Shown here piece after piece: positions 50,196 through 59,542 of a stretch of 59,542 nucleotides of DNA. The stretch spans positions 145,902,562-145,962,103 of the forward strand of contig NC_068984.1 of assembly GCF_001194135.2 (NCBI RefSeq). The letters are read 5' to 3'. A program made the position numbers and the translations under genes. Each line of letters starts with the position of its first letter. Positions within the stretch are counted from its first letter, which is position 1. The DNA is from Octopus bimaculoides. Lineage: Eukaryota. The notes under the pieces were generated by a model. It ran no database searches and was not told the DNA's origin. It saw only the letters and a program-made list of their open reading frames with translations.

Positions 50196-51300
50196 ACTTT
50201 GCTATAGCGAGAAGAGAGTCCGGACGAAAGGTGCCGCGGAGATGTTGGTGAAACGCCGCCTAGGAGTTCTAGGAGAGCTGATCGCCGAGTTCGGACTGAA
50301 GCTGAACGTGGTTTTCGTGCCTTCGGAAAGAAACAGGACGGATGCACAGACCAGGATGAAAAGGGCGTGGCTGGAGGAAGCAATGAAAGGGATAGCGGCA
50401 GCGTGTCGGCTGGGTGACTCCGAACTGAAGGAGCTACATGCTATGCACCACTTGGGGGTGGATAGGACCCTGTATCTGGCGAAAATGATTGATGCTGACG
50501 TCACTAGGAGAAACGTCAAGAAAGTGGTCGCGAAATGTGACAGATGCCAGTCCATTGACCCCGCCCCAGGTGGGCATGAGCAAGGGAACCTCTCAGTAGA
50601 GCGCAACTGGAGGAGACTAGCTGTGGATGTGACNNNNNNNNNNNNNNNNNNNNNNNNNNNNNNNNNNNNNNNNNNNNNNNNNNNNNNNNNNNNNNNNNNN
50701 NNNNNNNNNNNNNNNGGTCGAATGCGGGCCAGGCCGGCTGGCCATTTGGAGGGAGCTGAGGACAGGCATTGCTGATCAGATTGCCCGCATTCTGAACGGG
50801 ATATTCTTGGAGAGGGATCCCGTGGAAGAACTGCTGATGGACAACGGGGCGGCGTTTCGTTCGGAAGCGTTGGGGAAGGTGCGACGATTGTTCAGAGCGG
50901 CGTATAGGCCGAGTGGCAACGGAATCGTAGAGAGGCACTATCGGACGATCAAGGCGAGGGAAACGAGGCACCTGGCTTGAGAAGATCTCGACGCGTAAGG
51001 CGCCCGCCCGGTTGGATGGCGGACGTGATCTTTAAGATCAGGGTGGCGTGTGGTATGACGTCAGCAACTGGGGAGCTGACCGCTGACCGGAAGGGGAAGA
51101 GGGAGCCTCGATTGGGATTTCGTGCCCTTTTCGAGCGGGGTTGTTGTGACGAGAGGTCGTGCCAAGCGATCGTCCAGGTGTTGAGAGAAGCAGCTGCTAT
51201 TTCTAGCATTCTTCGGGTCGGGGCCAGGCGCGAGGATCGGATACCGCAGGACAGACTCGTACAAAGGAAAGAAAACGAGGTAAGCCGATTACTTCTACTC
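50196..51300 (+). mobile_element. Ty3/Gypsy LTR-retrotransposon fragment: RNase H end, integrase, probable PPT and 3' LTR
   Basis: HHCC finger (HAMHHLG...CDRCQ), RLAVDV, LLMDNGAAFRS, AAYRPSGNGIVERHYRTIK, RRSRRVRRPPGWMAD; purine tract GAGCGGGG at 51133-51140 then TGTTGTGAC at 51142. Confidence 0.85.
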
Positions 51301-51389
51301 ACACGCATACACCACACACACCAGTGCAGTCTTCTCTCATGCACACTACATCTGATGCCTCGTATACCCAGTTTTTCTCTCAACTTACA

Positions 51390-51720
51390 CCCTGTCCTAT
51401 ATAATGCACACTAACCTTACCCATCCAGCAGTGCATACTGGCTTCGTTTCTTTCAAGCCTTCGCATGTCCTTAGTTGTGGCAGCCCATGTCTCCCTGCCA
51501 TATAACAGTTGTTTGTACACAGGCATCGTACAATCTGCCTTTCACTCTGAGGGAGAGGCCCTTCATTACTAACAGAGGTACTAGCTCTCTGAACTTTGCC
51601 CCCACCTATTTGTATTCTAGCAGCTATGCTTTTGGAACCACCTCCATCACTGCTAACTTGATCACCTAAGTAACAGAAACTGCCTGCTACTTCCAAGGAT
51701 TCCCCTTGACATTTGAGGTG
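51390..51720 (-). mobile_element. RTE-clade LINE reverse-transcriptase fragment, frameshifted
   Basis: EVAGSFCYLGDQVSSDGGGSKSIAARI is typical of the RTE RT C-terminal part. Confidence 0.75.
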
Positions 51721-52329
51721 GTGGGAGTCTATTTGTTTTTGTTCTTTCCTGGTGTTTAATGTACCTGCACATTGCTACATGTAAAACCTACTTTCTCTGT
51801 TAATCTTCCAGTGATATTACTGTTCCTCTTATGTGCCCATAGCTTGCACTGGGTACATCTTATGGAGTTTCTACCGGCATAGCTAACAGGAGTAAGAGGA
51901 GCGACCTCTCCCAGCGAGAATATTTTTCAAAATTGGTGCTTTTTAGAAAATATATAAACAATCAATTAAAAATTGTTTGGGGTGTGTCACGGTTCCCCTA
52001 GGTTTAGAACCTGGCTACACTCATACTTCAGCTGCTGGTATTCGCGATTGTTCTCTATCGGTCATCGACCAGTAACCGATTTTCAGTAAAGGAGAGGTCG
52101 CTGAAAAACCCAAACCGTTGTCTCCATTTCGGGTTTTTCATCACTATCCTCACCTTTGGTCAATAAGTATAACGAGACAAACTCCTAGAAATAAACAAAG
52201 ATGCGCGCATGCGGTTGAAGTAGGTTCAAAGAGGCAGTTGAGGAGTGGAAATCTGAAGAATTTATCCCACGAGAAAGTTTTTCACTTTCATTGTTAATAT
52301 TTTTCTCAATGTGCTTGAGTGTTTTAATA

Positions 52330-52670
52330 ATTGATGTAACCACATGTTTCCTGGTTCAGTCCCACTTCCTGGCACCTTGGACAAGTATCTTCTACCATAG
52401 TCCCGAGTCAAGCAAAGCCCTGTCAGTGGATTTGGCAGACGTGTGTGCGCGTGTGCGCGCGTGTCCGATCGCCACTTGACAATCAGTGTTGGTTTGTTTA
52501 CGTGCCCGTAACTTAGCGGTTCAGCACATGAACCACGATAAAATAAGCACCAGGCTTTATCAAAATAAGAAACGGGATCGGTTTGTTCGAGTAAAAACAT
52601 ACCTCCAAGGTGGTGCCCCAGAATGGCCGCAGTCTAATGACTGCGGCAGGTCAAAAACGAAAGATATGTA
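52330..52670 (+). mobile_element. SINE family A copy
   Basis: Same head, (GT)n linker and tail modules. Confidence 0.7.
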
Positions 52671-53948
52671 GATATACTCGCACGTACGCACTTCCATTCA
52701 TTTGTAAACATTAAACAAGGAGAGAGGGAGGGGGGAGAGGAAGATTTTAGTAAGTTTGGAACCGGATGAAAGAACATGATGCAAAGGAATGGCCGTTTCG
52801 GGGCGACGATCTGATGTTTGTTTCGCCTTTTATTACGTAAACCTTGTTGCCAGAATTTTTGACCGCCTCAGTATCCATACGTGCGTGTGTGTCCGGCTGT
52901 ATGTGCGTGTGTGAGTATGTCCGGCTGTGTGTGTGTGTGTGTGTGTGCGTGAGTGCGTATGTCCGGGTGTGTGTACGTGTGTCCATGTGTGTGTGTGCGT
53001 GTGTCCGTGTGTGTGTGTGTTTGCGTTGGTTTTTGCGACGAATGAATATAACTGTGAAGACTGGTTTTTCTTTTGGTATCATTAAATAGTTTTTTCCAGT
53101 TATTCTTTTTTTATTTTTAATTGTTCCACTGTTTGGGAGAAAAGTGTAACAAAAAAAACTATATAACTTATATGGTTATACAAGACAAAGAATTAATTAG
53201 TCATTTTCGGAAATTACAAGAACGAACGTCGCAAACATTGACTTTACGGAGAACAAAAACGACAGCACCATCACCACCACCACCACCACCATCAGCAACC
53301 ACAACAACAACAATATTAGTAGCAGTAAGAGCACCACCGGCGACACCATCCACAACAATGGTTGTAGCAACGACAACAACATCGAAGTGGGATATAAATT
53401 GAAGAGCTGCCGCTAGAATTGCCATTCTGCTGATTGAGAGACGAAACGACGGGTCTTGCTCAAGAAACGTAAGTAATCCCAAAATATTTCATTTCAATCT
53501 ACCGCGCCAGTTTCTACATCATGTTTAGCCTTTCTAATAATAACAACAATAATAATAATAATAATAATAATGATAATAATAATAATAATAATATGAGAAT
53601 GATTCCTGGATTACAATTCATACAAAAAGAAAGTGCAAAAGATTGTTTTACGAGTCACACGTATTGAGAAGAGCATCGTCGCAGTGGGTTTTTTTTGTTT
53701 TGTTTTCTATTTTCTTTCTTTTCTTTTTTGTTTTTCTTCTCTTTTTTCTTTCATTTTCGATATTTTTTTTAATTTCTTTCTTTTTCTTTTTCTTTTTTTC
53801 TATCACGTAACTTTGTAAATGAACAATCTGATGTGTTTATTTTAATGGCCTGCCAATGTATACAGAGAGTTTTTTGCCCTGGGTGTCGGGAAGACACTCA
53901 GCAAGAAATGGGAACAAAATTGAAAGAAAGACACAATAATAATAATAG

Positions 53949-53990
<42 letters not shown>

Positions 53991-53995
<5 letters not shown>

Positions 53996-54337
53996 TGCCT
54001 TTCCACAACTCCTAACGCTGGAGATGTACTGTGGTGTCAGCTGTTCCCTACCAGTGAACTAAGGTAGCACCCCTTATTTTTCGAGCACCTTCCGGAGTAT
54101 TCGAGTGGTTCCAAGCAGTGTTGTTTTCTGCAAGTGCTCCACCCTTATTGCAGCCCCTATCTGTTCCATGTACTTCTCGAGATGTTTGCTCACTGTTCCC
54201 AGGGCTCTGGCGATTATTGGGTACTATTGCCACCTTTTTCATCGACCACAACTGCTTAACTTCCCAAGCTAACCTGTCATATCTCTCGACTTTTCTTTCT
54301 TCCTTATCGCATTCCTTGTTGTCAGCTGGGCATGCTA
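53991..54337 (-). mobile_element. R4/Dong-like non-LTR element, 3' end (restriction-like endonuclease C-terminus) with (AAT)n tail
   Basis: IACPADNKECDKEERKVERYDRLAWEVKQLWSMKKVAIVP; tail (ATT)n at about 53949-53990 on +. Confidence 0.8.
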
Positions 54338-54339
54338 TG

Positions 54340-54405
<66 letters not shown>
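54338..54405. repeat. (ATT)n microsatellite between two oppositely oriented R4-like pieces
   Basis: Direct inspection. Confidence 0.95.
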
Positions 54406-55490
54406 GTGCATACTATCCGCATTTTCTCAAATGACGTAGTCATGGAATTTGGAATAGAAAAGTGCGCTATATTGAAAATGAAACGAGGAAGACGTGAAAG
54501 AAATCAGGAAATTGAAATGCAAACAATGGGCAAAGAATGAGAGCAGTTGAGTAAGAACAGTGGTATAAGTACTTGGGAAGACTGGAAGTAGACGAGATAA
54601 CAAATGAAGAAATGAAACAAATGGGAGTACACAAGGAGACTAAGGAAATTATTATAGTCAAAGCTGAATTCCAAAAATCTTTTTGAAGCAATAAATTAAA
54701 GAGAAGTACCCTAATCAGACATGAACCAGAAACGAAATAAAGAAACTTGACAGAAAAACTAGGAAGTTGTTGACGATGTATGGAGCCCACCATCCGAAAG
54801 CTGATATCAACCGTCTGTACCTGAGGAGAGACCAGGATGGAATAGAGGCTTAATAGCAGTAGAGGAATGTGTATAGATGGAAAGAAAAAAGTCTAGTAGA
54901 ATACTTACAGAGCAGCACAGAAAAACTATTAAAGACAGTTAGTAAAGAACAGGTGATGACACGCGTAATAGGGGAAAAGGACAAGAACGAAATACAAAGA
55001 GAGCACGTCAGACAGATCGAAGAGAAACCTTTAGACGGCCAATTTTGGAGAGCCCCTGAAGACGCATAGGGAACAAAATCCTGAGCTTTGTTTTAAAAGG
55101 GGGCAATTTAAAAAAGAAACAGAGCTTAACTGTAGCAGCCCAACATCAAGCGATAAAAACAAACAACTTGAAGAAAAATATATATGGAGAGAATGTGTCA
55201 GAAAAACGTGGAGCCTGTAGAACTTGGAACGAGACAGTGGCACACTTTGTGACAGAATGCCTCAAGTTGGCACAGGAAGAATATAAGAAATGGAGGCACG
55301 ACCAGATTTTAAAAGTTTTGCACTGGAAACTGTGCCAGAAATGGGGCTTTGAAGCTGGAAACACATGGGACAATCACGGAGTCGAAAGAGTTCTGGAGTC
55401 GGAGAAATGTAAGATTTTGTGGGATTTTTCTATTCAAATGGACAAGAAGTTAGAATATAATAAATCGGACATAACAATTATACACGCAAA
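54406..55490 (+). mobile_element. R4/Dong-like fragment: RT C-terminus, CCHC region, start of RLE; degenerate
   Basis: FSNDVVMEFGIEKCAILKMKRG, YKYLG, ETVAHFVTECLKLAQEEYKKWRHDQILKVLHWKLC, KILWDFSIQMDKKLEYNKSDI. Confidence 0.85.
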
Positions 55491-55499
55491 ACATCCAAT

Positions 55500-57105
55500 G
55501 AAGCAGCACGCATAGCTCCGCCTTTTGTAAAAGATTTCTCTCCATGCAGCATCCAATTGCTCCATTCCTCTCTCATTATCTTTAAATGGTTTGTTTAGAC
55601 TGACGTCTTGTGGCTGCAGTAAAGAGGTCAGACCACCAGGTATAACTGCAATATCAGTATTATTTCGTGATAATCTGGCCTTAGTGTTCTGTTATGTGGC
55701 TACGAAACATATCTCAAACCAATAGACTTCTTTCCTTTTTTATCCCACCCGGACGTCTGCTCCAAATATTTTCTATCCACAATTTTACGCCATTCTCATC
55801 CATCCATCTTTTTTCGTGAAAATGAACAAATACTCAAGAAGGAAAATTTATTTTAGGCTTAGTTTTTCGCTTAAAAATTATCATGGGTTTCAGTTTCGTT
55901 CCGTTAGCCATGCACGATAACACGACCGTAAACCTTGTCTTTTCATGACCCATGCCTCTAACATGCACGGTTTTTGCGCCTTTCTTGTCAACCGTTCTGT
56001 CACCCGTCATATCAAAGTTTAATGGGGTCTCATCTATGTTTCTGATACATGACATAAGAAGATGATGTTTTTGCCTCATCCCAATAATAAATCGATGAAA
56101 ATTGGTAACTTTATGGTCAAGGTCTCTTGGTAGCTTTTGAGCGATTTTCGTTTTTTGTCGTATCACAAGATTCTTTCTCTTCCTGAAACGACTGCACCAG
56201 CCTACTGCTTTCGTCTTGGTTGGCTTTTGCCCATATTAATGCATATGATCTTATTTTATTTCGTGTTACTACGTATCCATCCTGTCTCAGTTCAAGTACC
56301 CACTTTCAAACATGATCTCCCAACTCTGGTCATCGAGAGCTTCCGCTTCTCATTGCACATTTCACTTTTGACATGTTTCTTAAATTATCTTCATTCTTTC
56401 CCCAATGTCTTACCAGCTTATCAGTCACATCAAATGTTCTCACAGCAGCACAGTTGTCAGATGCATTGGCAACTTCAACAACTTTCAGTTTAAAACTTTG
56501 CTTCGTATTTTCTTCGTTTGTTTGTTTGTTTGTTTGTTTGTTTGTTTTCTTTTGGCTGCTCCAGGTCGAGTATAAAAAAATATTTAAAGAATTGTATCTG
56601 GTTGGTAGGAGAATCAAGGACAGATTGAATCAGAGAGAAAATGAAGTGAAAACAACATTGTAGTTGAATCGCCTTAAACAGAAGAAGAAGAATGCTGTTT
56701 GTTGATATAATGAGTTCGTCAGTCGTCAGCTGCTTTGAAAGTTTCAAATAGTTCAGCCGCATGAACACGTCTTTGTTTATGACATTACGATCGACAGCGC
56801 TAAAGAAACGATCTCTTCCATCATCTTATACAAATTTATGTTATTACTATATATTGTTTCATGTCTTAACTTTCAAGGATATGTTAAGTAAAATAACATT
56901 TCTAATAACATCGTCTTTAATTAATATCCAGTATTTTATATGATATGGTAACTTTTACACTGTTGCTTAGGCTATCCTTAAACTTAGGCGAGTTTTGTAT
57001 TTTAAAGGTCGTCTTATACTTCATATATTAGCTAATGTCATGAACATTTACTCGGATTTTCGGGTCGTCTTATTTGTAGGTCGCCTTATATACTGAAATG
57101 TACGG
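55500..57105 (-). mobile_element. pogo-family (POGK/Passer-like) DNA transposon, degenerate and 3'-truncated
   Basis: 5' end CCGTACATTTCAGTATATAAGGCGAC next to TA at 57106-57107; HTH FKLKVVEVA...LVRHW; DDE_1 motifs NIDETPLNFD, RFTVVLSCMANGTKLKPMIIFK, LLV*DMFRSH and VIPGGLTSLLQPQDVSLNKPFK. Confidence 0.88.
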
Positions 57106-57433
57106 TAATCTGGTATGGTATGTAAAGGTGTGAGAGAAATAATCTGGTATGGTATGTAAAGGTGTGAGAGAAATAATCTGGTATGGTATGTAAAGGTGTG
57201 AGAGAAATAATCTGGTATGGTATGTAAAGGTGTGAGAGAAATAATCTGGTATGGTATGTAAAGGTGTGAGAGAAATAATCTGGTATGGTATGTAAAGGTG
57301 TGAGAGAAATAATCTGGTATGGTATGTAAAGGTGTGAGAGAAATAATCTGGTATGGTATGTAAAGGTGTGAAAGAAATAATCTGGTATGGTATGTAAAGG
57401 TGTGAGAGATATAATCTGGTATGGTATGTAAAA
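57106..57433 (+). repeat. 34-bp minisatellite, 9 full units plus a partial unit
   Basis: Unit TAATCTGGTATGGTATGTAAAGGTGTGAGAGAAA starts at 57106, 57140 and so on to 57412; near-identical, no spacers. Confidence 0.97.
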
Positions 57434-58200
57434 AATTGAAAGGAGAGATCGATGATAGGAGTAAGAAGGATGGAAGTCCTAAGCAGTGTTGAAGCAAATG
57501 AAAAGGAAGGCTTTGAAAAAGACAGACAGAAAGACACCTTGAATAGATGGAAGGGAAAAAATGGCCAATTCCAATGCTTGAGACAATTGACAGGGTCTGG
57601 GAATGAACTAGAAAAAGCGACTGGAAAGTTGAAACTGAAGCTCTTATTTTCGCAGCCCAAGATAGACAACGGGAATGAGCTTCTATCAAGTTCAATATTC
57701 TTTTCTACTCTAGGCACAAGGCCAGAAATTTTGGGGGAGGGGGCAGTCGATTAGATCAATTCCAGTACGCAACTGGTACTTAATTTATCGACCCCGAAAG
57801 GATGACAGGCAAAGTCGACCTCGGCGGAATTTGATATCAAGTTCAATATTGACAAGTCAGTGACTTTCCTGTTTTGAAGGTTGAAAAAGGTGAAACAATT
57901 AACCACATTATTAGTGACTGTTAGACGCTTGCACCAAAAGTGTACAAGAGAACCATTGCCAGGTTGGTTCACTGGAAGTTCTGTCATAAGCACCAACCGA
58001 AAAGTGTTGTTGAAAATGAACAATATAAGATCTTGTGGGACATGACCATCAAGTGTGATCGTCTTACCGTGGCTAGAAAAGCTGGCATTGTTGTCGTAAA
58101 AAATAAAAACAAAGTAATCATTGTGTATATTGCTTCATCGTGGGACCACGGTGAATGAAAAGGAAAGTGAGAAAATGGAGAAATATGACGAAAATCTTCA
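57434..58200 (+). mobile_element. Second R4/Dong-like fragment, interrupted by a SINE at about 57716-57832
   Basis: RWKGKNGQF, ETEALIFAAQD, GETINHIISDC*TLAPKVYKR, RLVHWKFC, YKILWDMTIKCDR. Confidence 0.8.
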
Positions 58201-58749
58201 GCAGCCAATTTAATCGCTCAAATGTTCGTGTCATGTGATAATACTCAATATTTATTAAGTTACAGTTATGGTGGTTTGGCTGAATGGTCAGAGCATTGGA
58301 CAAAATACTTTTTACGTTCTTAGTTCGAATCTGGCCTTACTATTTTTTTTTTCTTTCCGGGTCGTTGTTGTTTAACCCGAGATCAACATTGATTTAGCTA
58401 ACTTTTTGGGTCAAAAGCATTCCAGCCATGGCCATCCTGTTTACATTTTGCAATGTGTCCTTCTGAGTTTAAGTGGTTAAGTGGTGGGAGAGGTTTGGCT
58501 GCTATTCGATCAGCCACTCGCGTAGAGGCTCTCTCACATGAAGAGGACGGTGGACAAGTAGATTCGGCAAGTGGGTGGGGGACAAGTAGAATTGTGGTAC
58601 TTAATTAAATACGTCCTCAATAGGTTGCAGAAAACAATACGCAATTTAGTGTTACAACATTTCAAGTCACTTCATTATCAACCCACAAAACTCTTTTTAC
58701 AGGCTACACAGAATTTGGGGTGATTGCAATCCCAAAACGTTTTTAAAGT

Positions 58750-58985
58750 CTGCTACTTATTCTACCGGTATTTTTTGCCAAGCTGCTAAGTTACGGTGAT
58801 GTAAACAAACTAACACTGGTTGTCAAGCGGTGGGGGAATACAAACACAAACACAGACACGCGCACACATATATGCATATATATATATATATATATATGTA
58901 TGGAGTATACCTGCCTAAGTTGCCACACAGTTGGACTGAACCCGGAACCATGTGGGAAGCAGATTTCTTACCACAGCCATGCCTG
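58750..58985 (-). mobile_element. SINE family A copy
   Basis: Same modules in reverse complement. Confidence 0.7.
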
Positions 58986-59542
58986 CGCCTACATAATATG
59001 TATATAATGTGAGTGTGCGCGCGCGTGCCTGTGTGTGTATATGTACTTGCGTGTGTGTGCTCATGTATATGTATGCGTGCATGTGTGCATGTGTTCGTGC
59101 GTGCGTGCGCGCGTGTGAAAAGGCCGATGAACACAAATAGTCTTAATGAGCATGAGTGGTGTAATAGTCTTATCATGACAGCTGTTTCGGATGAAGCATG
59201 ACTTAGGCCATAAACATGTCTGTTATGAAATAAAGACCCATAATGAAAGATCTCGTGATGGTCATCACCTAATTTTACCATTGACAGGTATACCAATATC
59301 TAAACTGGACTCCACTGCTTAGTGCCAAACGTCCTACAACCCCCCCCCCCAACCTAGAATTAGAGTCAGATACTGCGATAGCTTAGGGATCGAAGGTTCA
59401 CAGCTTATCAATGTAAACATATTCGAGAAACACTTGAACATTGAATTTAGCTTAGTTATAAAATTACATCTCACAACAGCTAAAAACATCTTTTTCCGCT
59501 TATTATGGCATATATCTTCAAAATTCTTCATTAAATCAAACC

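Noticed and set aside
53431-53457. CTGATTGA-GAGA-CGAAAC-gacgg-GTC hammerhead-like string
   Set aside because: The core has an insertion, stem II is essentially absent, and stem I cannot pair.
57106-57433. CRISPR-like array
   Set aside because: The 34-bp units are contiguous with no unique spacers, the context is eukaryotic, and there are no cas genes.

Overview
This is a eukaryotic, AT-rich, microsatellite- and SINE-dense draft-assembly window with several N gaps. The repeat types look like an Octopus-type cephalopod genome, which is an inference. Three intron-containing genes were reconstructed by hand, each with GT-AG boundaries and consistent phases. (1) An angiomotin-family gene on +: 14 coding exons, 4877-17961, 722 aa. 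(2) TAF13 on -: 4 coding exons, 30948-27555, 121 aa. (3) TIPRL/TIP41-like on +: 7 coding exons, 34239-46594, 283 aa. TAF13 and TIPRL are divergent, about 1 kb apart. The rest is transposon debris: tRNA-derived SINEs, RTE and R4/Dong LINE fragments, a Gypsy pol fragment, a pogo-family transposon, piggyBac/hAT/Ginger-like MITEs and a Lep1-like Helitron. The most striking find is a 470-bp element at 32485-32954 with a 13-bp TSD. It consists of two inverted tRNA-headed arms, each ending in a minimal Penelope-type hammerhead ribozyme motif; the antisense copy is intact and the TIPRL-sense copy is mutated. A second hammerhead-like motif lies at 47349-47375. Coordinates were counted by eye and repeat boundaries are approximate.
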